A stretch of 64,000 nt of DNA, taken from Nitrospirota bacterium. Lineage in GTDB: Bacteria > Nitrospirota > UBA9217. Under the pieces are notes generated by a model. That model was not told where the DNA came from. It did not search any database and worked only from the letters and a program-made list of their open reading frames with translations. Positions 31,258-41,247 of the stretch are shown here, piece after piece (within the stretch, counting starts at the first letter, position 1; the number at the start of each line of letters is the position of its first letter). The position numbers and the translations under genes are program-made. The DNA lies in contig CAVWHO010000008.1 of NCBI GenBank assembly GCA_963754875.1, positions 96,001 to 160,000 of the forward strand. Direction: 5' to 3'.

Positions 31258-32572
31258 TTACCCTTGTGTTCCCTCTTCCACCCTGATCACCATGGTCGGA
31301 CCGGCAACGCAGTCCATCTTGTTGATCTCATCAAGGGACTTACGCACATCACGCTCAACGGCTTCATGGCTCATCATCACGAGCGGCACCGCTTCGGCGG
31401 TCCCGCGGCCTTTCTGAATGACCGAGGAGATGCTGATATTGTTTTTGCCGAGCACACCCGATATCCGCGACAGAACGCCGGGTTTGTCCATGGCCGAGAA
31501 CCGCAGATAATAACAGGAGGTGATATCGTCCATCTTGCGGATCTTGAGAGGCGACCGCTCCCGGAATGCCGCAACAGGCGTGCGGTTCGTGCAGCCTGCA
31601 AGGATGTCCCTGACCGATATCGATGATATCGCTTACGACGGCGCTTCCGGTAGGCATGTCGCCTGCCCCCCTGCCGTAGAACATGGTTGATCCCACTGCA
31701 TCGCCGACTATGGAGAGCGCATTGAAGACCCCGTCCACGGTGGCAATAGGATACTCCTCGGGAAGCATGGTAGGATGCACACGCGCTTCCACTTCCCCAT
31801 TCACCATCTTGGTGATGGCCAGGAGCTTGATCTTGTAACCGAGCTCTTTCGCAAAATCGATGTCGATCGGCGTGATCTTCGAGATTCCCTCGGTATAAAT
31901 ATCGTCGAACTTCACCGGCGTGCCGTAGGCAAGCATGGTAAGGACCGCGAGTTTGTGCGCCGAATCGATGCCCTCGATGTCGAACGTCGGGTCTGCCTCT
32001 GCATACCCCATTGACTGCGCTTCTTTCAGGACGTCTTCGAACTTCCGGCCCGCGTTCGTCATGAGCGTCAGGATGTAATTGCACGTTCCGTTCACGATGC
32101 CGTAGATGGACTTGATATGGTTCGCTGCAAGGCCGTTCCTGACGGCGGCAAGGATCGGGATGCCGCCAGCGACCGATGCTTCGAACCCGAGCGTAACGCC
32201 GGACTTCTCGGCCGCTGCATAGATCTCCTCGCCATGCACGGCCAGGAGCGCCTTGTTTGCCGTTACCACATGTTTTTTATTCTTGATCGCCTCAAGGATG
32301 AACTCCTTGGCAGGTTTGTATCCGCCGATAAGTTCCACCACGACGTCGATCTCGGGATCGGCAAAGATATCCTGTGCATTCGTCGTAAGCTGAACGCCCT
32401 TGAGTGCAATACCCCTATCACGTTTCACGTCGAGATCGGATATCTTCTTCAAGACAACGGGAGCGCCGAGCCTGCGACGGATGATGTCCGCGTTCTCGAT
32501 CAGGATGCGCGCCGTGCCCGTTCCGACGGTGCCGAAACCGATGATGCCTACGTTGATGGATTTCTTGGCCAA
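31258..32572 (-). CDS. hom: homoserine dehydrogenase with C-terminal ACT domain (one +1 indel near 31613)
   Basis: GFGTVGTG, VVTANKAL, FEASVAGGIP, NGTCNYIL, YAEADPTFD and GRGAG; ACT domain in ORF 31258..31533 (DKPGVLSRIS). Confidence 0.92.
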
Positions 32573-32619
32573 GATTCCTACCTGCCTTTTCCCTGGGCTT
32601 TGTGCGTTGAACTCTGAAC

Positions 32620-33795
32620 TTATTTGGAAAGGGCCAGTTTTATCCCCTTTGCCGCCTGGCGCAGCCGGTGTTCGTTTTCGATGAGCGCGAATCTTACATG
32701 GTCATCGCCGTATTCGCCGAAGCCGATCCCGGGCGAGACCGCAACTCCCGCTTCTTTGATCAGGAATTTCGAAAATTCGAGCGATCCCATTTTTTTGAAT
32801 GGCCCAGGAATCTCAGCCCAGACAAACATGGTGGCCTTCGGCTTCTCGATGTGCCATCCCGCCTTGCTCAAACCGTCGATGAGCACGTCCCTGCGGGACT
32901 GGTACATGTCCGATATTTCCTTTACGCATTCCTGCGGGCCGTTCAGCGCGATGATCGACGCGATCTGGATCGGCTGGAACATGCCGTAATCGAGGTAACT
33001 TTTGATCTTGACAAGCGCGGCCACAACCTCTTTATTGCCACAGCAGAATCCCACGCGCCAGCCCGCCATATTATAACTCTTGGTGAGGCTGTAAAACTCC
33101 ACGCCGACGTCCTTTGCGCCCGTTGCCTGAAGGAAGCTTGGGGCCTTGTATCCGTCGAAATTCAGGTCCGCATATGCCAAATCGTGGACCACAATGATGT
33201 CGTTCTCCCGCGCAAAATCGGAGATCTTCTGAAAAAACGTCACATCCACGACGGCCGTAGTCGGGTTGTTCGGGAAGTTGAGGATCAACATCTTGGGCCG
33301 GGGCCAGGTGTTCTTGTAGGCCTCCTCCATGTCGACGAAGAAGTCGCCGTCCCTCCTGAGAGGAATGGACCGAACCTCGCCGCCTGCGATGATGACGGCA
33401 TAAGGATGGATGGGATAAGCCGGTGCTGTCGTCAGCACCACGTCACCGGGTTCGACGGTGGCAAGAGCAAGATGGGAAAGCCCTTCCTTGGACCCGATCG
33501 TCGCGACCGCCTCTGACTCTGGGTCAAGATCGACATCGTAGCGGCGTTTGTACCAGCCGCAGACGGCGGTACGGAGTTTAGTTATGCCCTTGGACGCGGA
33601 GTAACGGTGGTTTTTGGGGTTTTGCGCGGCCTCGATGAGTTTGTCGACGATGTGCTGGGGCGTGCCCTGATCAGGATTGCCCATGCCGAGATCGATGATG
33701 TCTTCGCCGCGCCTGCGCGCCTCGATCTTCATGCTGTTCACAATCGCGAAAACATAGGGCGGCAGTCTCTTGATCCTGCCGAACTGCTCAGGCAT
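32620..33795 (-). CDS. alaC: class I/II aminotransferase, AlaC-like
   Basis: [45 protein letters not shown] and [15 protein letters not shown]. Confidence 0.82.
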   Translation of the reverse strand: MPEQFGRIKRLPPYVFAIVNSMKIEARRRGEDIIDLGMGNPDQGTPQHIVDKLIEAAQNPKNHRYSASKGITKLRTAVCGWYKRRYDVDLDPESEAVATIGSKEGLSHLALATVEPGDVVLTTAPAYPIHPYAVIIAGGEVRSIPLRRDGDFFVDMEEAYKNTWPRPKMLILNFPNNPTTAVVDVTFFQKISDFARENDIIVVHDLAYADLNFDGYKAPSFLQATGAKDVGVEFYSLTKSYNMAGWRVGFCCGNKEVVAALVKIKSYLDYGMFQPIQIASIIALNGPQECVKEISDMYQSRRDVLIDGLSKAGWHIEKPKATMFVWAEIPGPFKKMGSLEFSKFLIKEAGVAVSPGIGFGEYGDDHVRFALIENEHRLRQAAKGIKLALSK

Positions 33796-33858
33796 CGTTA
33801 ACCCTTTCTTTTTCAAAGAAATCAGTCTTCTAACCACTCAATTTAAAAAGTAAAATTG

Positions 33859-33887
33859 ATAATAAAACAGTATCCATATTTTGTCAA
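33859..33887 (-). promoter_or_regulatory. sigma-70 promoter of the alaC-hom operon
   Basis: minus strand TTGACA-N17-TATTAT. Confidence 0.65.
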
Positions 33888-34035
33888 TAAAAAATACTTG
33901 TGCCATGGTGTCATAGGCATGCAACGAGTCGTAAAAGTAAGAGAAAAGGCTTGATTTTTCAGCTCGCCTGTGATAGTGTTCAATTTCCAAAAAAGAGTAA
34001 GGTCGATTCCCGTTTGGACGCACGACTGCGGGATA

Positions 34036-34147
34036 CTCCTTGCTCTCCCCAATATAAACTCCCCTCACCCCTGTGCCCCTCTCCCCTGGAGGGAGAAGGA
34101 AAAAGGGAGAGGGACTTTACCGTGGGAGGGCTATAACCCATAAGGAG
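34036..34147 (+). ncRNA. S6:S18 ribosomal protein leader (cis-regulatory RNA)
   Basis: CTCCTT (34036-41) pairs with the SD AAGGAG (34142-47); GCTCTCCC pairs with GGGAGGGC; 3' bulge contains CCC; immediately upstream of rpsF. Confidence 0.7.
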
Positions 34148-34156
34148 GGAAAGCAC

Positions 34157-34525
34157 ATGCCGATTTACGAATCTATCTTCATCATTAATGCCAATCTTTC
34201 CGACGAAGAGACCGCAAACGTCATCAAGAAGATGCAGGATGTCGTCGCTAAGCAGGGCGGCGAGATGACGAAGTTCGAGGACTGGGGCAAGAAGAAGCTG
34301 GCCTACGAGATCAAGAAGCAAAAGCGCGGCCACTATGCCTTCTTCCAGTTCAAGGCAGCCCCTGCTGCCGTTGCGGAACTCGAGCGCACCTACAAGCTGA
34401 CGGACTCAGTAATCAAGTTTCTGACGGTCAAGCTTGAGAAAGAACTGCGCGTCAAAGCGCCGCCAAAGCCAAAAAAGAAGGACGCAGCGAAGGCCGCCGA
34501 AAGCGGTCCGGCCACAACGGCTTAG
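34157..34525 (+). CDS. rpsF: 30S ribosomal protein S6
   Basis: YESIFII, EDWGKKKLAYEIKK..RGHY and VIKFLTVK. Confidence 0.96.
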   Translation: MPIYESIFIINANLSDEETANVIKKMQDVVAKQGGEMTKFEDWGKKKLAYEIKKQKRGHYAFFQFKAAPAAVAELERTYKLTDSVIKFLTVKLEKELRVKAPPKPKKKDAAKAAESGPATTA

Positions 34526-34607
34526 CCGTTCTACCGCAGGACGAACAGTCCGACTCCCCCGCTCCTGAACGAAGCGAGGAAGAGCGCGGGGAAATCGAGG
34601 GAGCACC

Positions 34608-35021
34608 ATGACGAGCTTCAATAAAGTTATCCTGCTGGGCAATCTCACCCGCGATCCCGAGGTCCGCTACACCCCGAATGGCATTGCCGTGGCAAGCTTC
34701 GCTATCGCCGTGAACCGCAAGTACAAGCAGGGTGATGAGACCAAGGAAGAAGTAAGCTACATCGATATCGTCGTGTTCGGGAAACAGGCGGAGTCCTGCG
34801 GCCAATACATCAATAAAGGCGATTCCGTCCTGATCGACGGCAGGCTTCAGCAGCGGCGATGGGAGACCGAGGAGGGGCAGAAGAGGAACAAGTTGGAGGT
34901 CGTTGCCCAATCTGTGAACTTCATGCCCAAGCGCTCGTCGGCCGGCAGGGGGGTGGGCGGCGACAGCCATCCCGAACCTGCCCCCGAATCCCCGGTGGAT
35001 GAAGGGGAGATCCCTTTTTAA
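34608..35021 (+). CDS. ssb: single-stranded DNA-binding protein
   Basis: NKVILLGNLTRDPEVRYT; C-terminal EIPF. Confidence 0.96.
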   Translation: MTSFNKVILLGNLTRDPEVRYTPNGIAVASFAIAVNRKYKQGDETKEEVSYIDIVVFGKQAESCGQYINKGDSVLIDGRLQQRRWETEEGQKRNKLEVVAQSVNFMPKRSSAGRGVGGDSHPEPAPESPVDEGEIPF

Positions 35022-35076
35022 GACCGGATTCATGGTCAGTTATTACGGACACTAATTCCAAGAGGAGCACATTACT

Positions 35077-35406
35077 ATGGCAGAGTTTCATTCAAGACCA
35101 TCAGGTCCATCGAGACCATCCGATAACAGAGGCAAAGACAGGGGAGACAGCAGGGATTCCCGGGGTGGAGGCGGCGACAAGAGGAGACGCTTCCAGGTCC
35201 GGAAAAAAGTCTGCCGGTTCTGCGTGGACAAGTCCCCCTTTGTCGATTACAAAGACGTAAAGACGCTCCGGTTCTTCATCACCGAACGTGGCAAGATCCT
35301 TCCGCGCCGGATATCGGGTAACTGCGCACGGCACCAGAGAGAGGTGACTGTAGCGGTGCAGCGCTGCAGGAATATCGCGTTGATACCTTTCGCAGGCGAG
35401 AAATAG
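35077..35406 (+). CDS. rpsR: 30S ribosomal protein S18 (Cys-containing, Zn-binding type)
   Basis: KVCRFC..DYKD...[22 protein letters not shown]. Confidence 0.96.
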   Translation: MAEFHSRPSGPSRPSDNRGKDRGDSRDSRGGGGDKRRRFQVRKKVCRFCVDKSPFVDYKDVKTLRFFITERGKILPRRISGNCARHQREVTVAVQRCRNIALIPFAGEK

Positions 35407-35443
35407 ACACCTCGTCGGCGCAGCCCACACCGTCCGTCATTAC

Positions 35444-35490
35444 AGGGGAAACCCAGCGGTTACTTGCCGTAACCCTGGATTTCCCCTTTT
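35444..35490 (+). terminator. long hairpin / intrinsic terminator after rpsR
   Basis: AGGGGAAA-CCCAG-CGGTTAC-ttgcc-GTAACC-CTGG-ATTTCCCCT followed by T residues. Confidence 0.6.
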
Positions 35491-35882
35491 CTTTGGTTTA
35501 GTCTCCGATGCGTTTGATGCAATGCCTTCTTCACTGAAGATAACGACGAAAAGCGAGTGGAGCCCCCTCGGCAGGAGTTGGAGGCTCCCTCTGATAACGC
35601 GACCTCCCGCCTGCACCAAGCGTTTACGAGTGCAATAGCGTAGCCTGTTCTTGCCTGTGGCCGCGAATTGGCAACACCAGGCTGCGAAAACGCGGCCATA
35701 AACGAGTGCAGGGCGCGGTTTACGACGCATTACCCCCGGCAGGAGCCGGAGCGCGGGATTTACCCCGGTCACGGATATTTACGGATCCGCCCTGTTGAAA
35801 GAGAAGAATAATTCGCCGTTTGAGACCTCGCTGTCAGTGTTCATCCGAGGCAAACCGTTTCTTTTATTATCAGGAGATGTCC

Positions 35883-36815
35883 ATGAATTACCGATCTACA
35901 TTCGTCGCCGCGATTCAGACCGTGGGACTCTATGCCGCAGGCTTTATCGTTCCTGTCATTGGGCAAATACTCGCACTGTTAACGCCAATACCGCTCATTC
36001 TGGTATCCCTCCGCAGCGGCAGGAAGGAGGGGCTCGTAGCCCTCGGAACTTCCGCGGCCCTGATCGCGGCCATCGGCGGATGGCAGGCAGCGGCTCTACT
36101 CCTGGCCACATTCGGCTTGATGGCCGTCGGAATTTCCGAAGGGATACGCAAGCAGATGAAGCCGGAACAGGTCTCGCTCCTGGGGGGTCTTCTGCCCATA
36201 GCGGTCATCGGCATATTAGCCGCCTTCTACTTCGCTCGTGCAGGCAAAAGCCCGATCGGCGCCATTGAAGAGTATCTTCGGGCAAGCATTACAGAAGCGG
36301 CAGCGGTTTATACCAAGATGGGGCTAAACGAAATGGCGGCCATGGTCACTTCGGTAACGGACACCTTCGTCCACTATCTCGTGAGGCTCATTCCCGCTGT
36401 CACGATCGCAACTTCCGTTATGCAAGCGGCAACGTGCTACGGCATCAGCCGAACAGTCATTTTAAAGAAAGAGGTTTCGTCCCCGTTCGCAGGCCAACCG
36501 TCTCTCGCTTTGTGGCACGCACCCGATGCGTGGGTGTGGGGCTTGATCGTCGCACTCGCTCTCCTCGTCGTCCCGAATGAAACGTCACGGCTCATCGGCT
36601 GGAACCTCGCCATTCTCTTCGCTGTCGTCTATCTGGCGCAAGGCGCAGCCACCGTGGAATTTTATCTCAAAAAAATGCGTATCAGGCCGTTCATGCGAGG
36701 ATTGCTCCTCGCCCTCGTTTTGGCCATGCCGTCCATCGTATTCGCCATTGCTCTCGGGATCGTGGACATCTGGGCCGATTTCCGAAAGGTCCGCGGCTCG
36801 GTTCTGAAAATATAA
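35883..36815 (+). CDS. DUF2232 (YybS-like) membrane protein
   Basis: multi-TM protein, 'LAQG' and terminal 'GIVDIWADFRK'; canonical position after rpsR. Confidence 0.85.
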   Translation: MNYRSTFVAAIQTVGLYAAGFIVPVIGQILALLTPIPLILVSLRSGRKEGLVALGTSAALIAAIGGWQAAALLLATFGLMAVGISEGIRKQMKPEQVSLLGGLLPIAVIGILAAFYFARAGKSPIGAIEEYLRASITEAAAVYTKMGLNEMAAMVTSVTDTFVHYLVRLIPAVTIATSVMQAATCYGISRTVILKKEVSSPFAGQPSLALWHAPDAWVWGLIVALALLVVPNETSRLIGWNLAILFAVVYLAQGAATVEFYLKKMRIRPFMRGLLLALVLAMPSIVFAIALGIVDIWADFRKVRGSVLKI

Positions 36816-37170
36816 GTTTTGAAAAGCCGGAACCATCCTCCTTTTTCAGAGGAAGATCAAAACGGATTAATAAACCACATTACACGATCTGATACCTGCC
36901 CTTTGAAATGAAGAATCTGGCCCAAAACTATTCTTTCTCTGTTTCGTCGAAGAACAGTTCGTTCATGCCGCAATTAAGAACGCTGTACATGATTCTTTGC
37001 CATCACGCTCCTGGATTCTTTGCATCCCCGGGAAAAGCATAAAAAAAGTCCCACTCCATGCGGCGAAGCATCCGGGTTCTCAGATGCTTCCCCTGCACCT
37101 ACCTTCGCCATTCCCCACTTTTCTTTCATTTTTTATCCCGTTTCTGTTATAATGCTCCAGAGGTAATTCA

Positions 37171-37452
37171 ATGCGTCTGCCCAAAGAAATGATCAAGCAT
37201 ATCGCTGATGCGATCGCTGTAAACGCGGAGAGCAAAGGTTTGGCCGAGTACGATGTTCCGAAGGCCGAGATCGCAGCGAAGATCGTTGACGTGATCACCG
37301 CAAACATGCTGGAAGAGGATAAACTCAACGCAGACGTTGAAAAGCTCCTCGCCGCGCACGAGGCGGAGATAAAAAAAGAAAATATGGACTACCGCAAGGT
37401 GTTCGAACTGACGAAGCAGAAGCTCGCGAAAGAACGGGGGATGGTCCTGTGA
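37171..37452 (+). CDS. DUF507 family protein
   Basis: MRLPKEMIKHIA...EDKLNADVEKLL...MDYRKVFELTKQKLAKERGMVL. Confidence 0.8.
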   Translation: MRLPKEMIKHIADAIAVNAESKGLAEYDVPKAEIAAKIVDVITANMLEEDKLNADVEKLLAAHEAEIKKENMDYRKVFELTKQKLAKERGMVL

Positions 37453-37727
37453 GGTTAAGCGAAGACAGAATATCCCACCTCTCGCACCTGATCCTGGACA
37501 AACTGGTTCGGGACAGAAGCGTTGATGTGCTCCAGCCGGAGGCAAAGCTCCTTCGCGAGATCAAGCGGACCATCAGCGACGAGTTGAAGTACGAAGATGA
37601 GGCCGACGAGGCCGCCCGCCGCACCATCCAGTCGTTGTCCCGCAAAGTTCCCGAAGGCAGCCGTGAATGGGACGTTCTGTACCGGAAATATTTCGAAGAA
37701 GAGATGAACAGGAGAAGAAAAGTGTGA
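37449..37727 (+). CDS. DUF507 family protein
   Basis: MRLSEDRISHLSHLI...VPEGSREWDVLYRKYFEEEM. Confidence 0.8.
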   Translation: MRLSEDRISHLSHLILDKLVRDRSVDVLQPEAKLLREIKRTISDELKYEDEADEAARRTIQSLSRKVPEGSREWDVLYRKYFEEEMNRRRKV

Positions 37728-39832
37728 GGAAAATCGTTCTCCCCGGCCTGGTCCTCTACTGCATCGTCGCCGGACTGGGATTGTTTCTCAAACCGGGCTA
37801 CGCAGGCTACCTGCTGGTAGGCTGGCTCGCCGGATTCCTTTTCCTCGTTTTCACCATTTCCTATCTGACGCTTTTCACCAAAGACCGAGACGATGGTTTT
37901 TCCTTTACCCTGCTTGCAATCATCGGACTCAATTTTCTCATCCAGCTGACCGGAGGTATGCAGTCCCCGATCTTTCCGCTCTACTTTCTCCTTACGTCGA
38001 TTGCCGCATTCCAACGCCTCAACTGGGCATACCCCGTGGTCGGGCTCATCCTGACCATCGAAGCGCTCAATATCATCATCTCGGGCCAGAACAATGCAAA
38101 CCGCTGGTATTCCTTTGGAGGCTTTGGTGTTTCGCTTGCGGGCGTTACGTTCATTACTTCCCATATCACCCGTGTGATCAGGGGCGAGGCCAAAACAGCC
38201 AAAGACAATTATGCAAAGTTGATTTCCGACGCCGATGCCGTGGATCCGCTCGCGGGCGGGACAAATGTTGAGGCACTGACCGAGAAAAAACGGCAGGCAA
38301 CCTACGTCAGTGCGGCGCGGGAACGGGAAGGCGCCTTCAGCTCTCTCATCGACATGATCTCCGATCTGGTGCCTGCCCACACCTATGCGCTCTTTCTCGA
38401 TGACCGCCTTGAGGGAGTTTACGCGCTGCGGGGCATCCGGAGCCAGAGCCGCGATGTGGCCACGGCACCGCTTCAATTTACCCGGGACCAGGGTCTTGTC
38501 GGTATCTGTGCCGCCCAAAAGCAGCCGCAATACCTGCCCTTCCTGGTTGTTCCCGTAAACAGTCTTAGATACTACACGCGCGATATCCCGATCAAGTCAT
38601 TTCTCGCGGTTCCGATAGTGCAGGGCGACCAGGTTCTTGGCGTCCTTGTTGTCGACAGCCTTGAACAGGATGCTTTTCCTGGGGAAATCCAGGAGACGTT
38701 GACGCGGTTCATCCCCTTCTTCAGCCAGATCATAGAAAAGATCAGAATATCGGTTGAGATGGACATTCGCGCGAAAAACTTTGCCGCGCTCCATGATATG
38801 AGTTCGGTACTGAGCAGCAGCCTTGAGATCAGCGAGGTTCTGGAAAAGCTGATGACGCAGATCAGGTCCGTGGTACCGTACGATTTTTGCGCCTTCCTGC
38901 TCTATGATGAACAGACAAAAGAAGCGGTGATCACGGCCATCAGGGGCTATGACACCAAGTTCACTAACAGCCGGTTTCCACTCGATCAAAGCGCCATCCT
39001 CACCCATATGATGAACCAGTGGCGCGACCGCCGTGTTTATGTCCACCACGACCCCGACCTCGGTGATCGGGGCAGGGAGATCGGCCTTTTCCCCGTTAAG
39101 GAACTCCAGCAGCCCATCAAATCGCTCTTCGGAAGGCCGCTGGTCGCCCGCGACAAGTTCATCGGAGCGGCGTTCCTCGCCTCCATCCGCACGAACACCT
39201 TTACCGAGTACCACCGCAATTTTCTGGACACCCTTTTGAACCAGGTATCCATGGTTGTGGACAACAGTATGCTGCACCGGAATATCTGCGACTTGGCCAG
39301 GACCGACGGTTTGACCGGTCTCCTGAACCACCGCACCTTCATGGAAAAACTCGCAGAAGAATACAAGCGCCTCGATCGCGAACCGCGCCCCTTTTCCATC
39401 CTGCTGATGGACATTGACAAATTCAAGAATGTCAACGACAAGTATGGCCACCCCGTGGGCGACGTTGCGATCAAGACCGTTTCAAAGGTGCTGAAAGAAA
39501 CTGCGCGCGGCTCCGACTTTGTGGCGCGCTACGGCGGCGAAGAATTCGCCGTAGGCATGGTGGACACTGACAGCAAAGGCGCCGAGCAAATGGGAGAGCG
39601 AATCAGGAGTATTTTGGAGAAAACCCTCGTAACGCGCGTGCCTGACGGAGAGTTGCGGGTCACCGTCAGCATCGGCGTCAGCACGTTTCCGTCGGATACG
39701 ACGAACAGGGCCGACCTGGTGACCATGGCCGATGATGCACTGTATCATGCCAAACGAACGGGAAGGAACCGTGTTAGCCCCTATCGCAGCGTAAAAGAAG
39801 ATGAAACAGTGCCGGCAAAATCGGCAAAATAA
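37724..39832 (+). CDS. membrane-anchored GAF-GAF diguanylate cyclase
   Basis: N-terminal TMs, two GAF-like regions, TDGLTGLLN, DIDKFKNVND, RxxD (RGSD) and RYGGEEF; GTG start overlaps the upstream TGA. Confidence 0.88.
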   Translation: MRKIVLPGLVLYCIVAGLGLFLKPGYAGYLLVGWLAGFLFLVFTISYLTLFTKDRDDGFSFTLLAIIGLNFLIQLTGGMQSPIFPLYFLLTSIAAFQRLNWAYPVVGLILTIEALNIIISGQNNANRWYSFGGFGVSLAGVTFITSHITRVIRGEAKTAKDNYAKLISDADAVDPLAGGTNVEALTEKKRQATYVSAAREREGAFSSLIDMISDLVPAHTYALFLDDRLEGVYALRGIRSQSRDVATAPLQFTRDQGLVGICAAQKQPQYLPFLVVPVNSLRYYTRDIPIKSFLAVPIVQGDQVLGVLVVDSLEQDAFPGEIQETLTRFIPFFSQIIEKIRISVEMDIRAKNFAALHDMSSVLSSSLEISEVLEKLMTQIRSVVPYDFCAFLLYDEQTKEAVITAIRGYDTKFTNSRFPLDQSAILTHMMNQWRDRRVYVHHDPDLGDRGREIGLFPVKELQQPIKSLFGRPLVARDKFIGAAFLASIRTNTFTEYHRNFLDTLLNQVSMVVDNSMLHRNICDLARTDGLTGLLNHRTFMEKLAEEYKRLDREPRPFSILLMDIDKFKNVNDKYGHPVGDVAIKTVSKVLKETARGSDFVARYGGEEFAVGMVDTDSKGAEQMGERIRSILEKTLVTRVPDGELRVTVSIGVSTFPSDTTNRADLVTMADDALYHAKRTGRNRVSPYRSVKEDETVPAKSAK

Positions 39833-39934
39833 CCTTTGGAAGAAAGAACTGCAAATAAGTACAAATAAAATGTTTTTTTACGATTTCTGGCGCACATGGG
39901 TGCAGCACGATTCTTAAGAATAAAAGCTTTCTAT

Positions 39935-39962
39935 TCAACCTTTTCCCGTGCCTGGTGTCTCA
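39935..39962 (+). promoter_or_regulatory. putative ECF-type autoregulatory promoter
   Basis: TCAACCT-N15-GTCTCA (AAC...GTC pattern) just upstream of the ECF sigma gene. Confidence 0.35.
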
Positions 39963-39984
39963 CTAATCAGCATACGGCGCGTGT

Positions 39985-40563
39985 ATGGACGAAGACCTCG
40001 ATCTGATCAACAGAACCGAAGCCGGCGAGCGTGAAGCATTCGACGATCTGGTCAGAAAATACCAGAAACCGCTCTACGCAATGCTCTACCGAATGGTAGG
40101 AAACCATGAAGACGCTTCGGACCTCCTGCAAAAGGCCTTTGTCAAGGCATTCATTGGTTTGAAGTCCTTTGAGCGCAGAGCGACGTTCAAAACCTGGCTC
40201 TACCAGATCGCGATCAACCTTGCTAAGAACGTCTACCGCGACCGCGCCCGGATCGAGCAGGTCCCCATCGACGACGTCATCATCAAGAGGAACCCGCGGA
40301 CGCTCGAAATCATGATCATCAACGAAAACAGGCAGCTGCTGCGGCAAGCGCTTGCGAGGCTGCCGGAAAAACAGCGCATCACGCTGATGCTCAGGGTACA
40401 GAGTGAAAAGAAATTCGAGGAGATCGCCGGGATCATGAAATGCTCCGTAGGCACCGCAAAAGCGAACTTTCATCATGCAGTGCAGAAACTGAAAGCGATC
40501 ATGGCGGAAAAGAACTACGGCCAGGAATCAGGCGACGGGAAGCAGAAGCAAGACGACAAATAA
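39985..40563 (+). CDS. ECF RNA polymerase sigma-70 factor
   Basis: AFDDLVRKYQ, DASDLLQKAF, FKTWLYQIAIN, LPEKQR and EEIAGIMKCSVGTAKA. Confidence 0.92.
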   Translation: MDEDLDLINRTEAGEREAFDDLVRKYQKPLYAMLYRMVGNHEDASDLLQKAFVKAFIGLKSFERRATFKTWLYQIAINLAKNVYRDRARIEQVPIDDVIIKRNPRTLEIMIINENRQLLRQALARLPEKQRITLMLRVQSEKKFEEIAGIMKCSVGTAKANFHHAVQKLKAIMAEKNYGQESGDGKQKQDDK

Positions 40564-40626
40564 CGGAGTTGCAGGGTCGTTTCAGGCCTGATAGGTAATG
40601 TGGCCGGCCCCCTGCAAAGAACCAGC

Positions 40627-41247
40627 ATGTGCAATGATAAAAACATAAAAGAATTGATCCCCGCTTATCGGGAACAGGGGCTCGACCAATACAAGCAGGA
40701 AAGGGTCAGGAAACACCTGGAATCATGCGAAGATTGCCGGGCAGACCTGGCTCTTCTTCACATGATGCATGAGGATTCAGTGCCTGATCCCGGCGAAAGG
40801 TACTGGGACGAAATGCCGGGCCGCGTATTCCGTGCTGTTCAGGCGCAAAAGAAAAGGAAATGGTCTTTTGAGCTTTCATGGCTTACGGACCGGCTCATCC
40901 TGCCCCGCTGGGTAATAGCCGCAAGTACGGTCGGACTGGCATTGGTAATCTCGTGGTTTGCCGTTCAAACGCCGCAGAAAGGACCTGCATCGCAGGGCTA
41001 TGAGCCTGCTCCTGAGATCATGGTTTCCGATTCAGTGCCTCTGAGCGACCTCGACCGCGACCAGCTCGATACTGTTTCAGCCTGGGCAGGAAGCGAGTTG
41101 GCTTCGATCGCCCGTGAGACTTCGGCTGCGCCTGTTATGGTGAATACTACGGATACGGACATCTACGAAGAACTTGCCGATTTAAACACAAAAGAAGCGG
41201 AACGGCTTTCTACAATGCTCGATCAATGGGGACAGGAGGGATCATGA
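40627..41247 (+). CDS. zf-HC2 anti-sigma factor
   Basis: HLESCEDC zinc motif, single TM, downstream of the ECF sigma gene. Confidence 0.85.
   Translation: MCNDKNIKELIPAYREQGLDQYKQERVRKHLESCEDCRADLALLHMMHEDSVPDPGERYWDEMPGRVFRAVQAQKKRKWSFELSWLTDRLILPRWVIAASTVGLALVISWFAVQTPQKGPASQGYEPAPEIMVSDSVPLSDLDRDQLDTVSAWAGSELASIARETSAAPVMVNTTDTDIYEELADLNTKEAERLSTMLDQWGQEGS

Noticed and set aside
31258..32572. hom, hslU, apgM and M16 genes as true pseudogenes or programmed frameshifts
   Set aside because: No consistent slippery sites or other decay; all are single +1 insertions, best explained as sequence error
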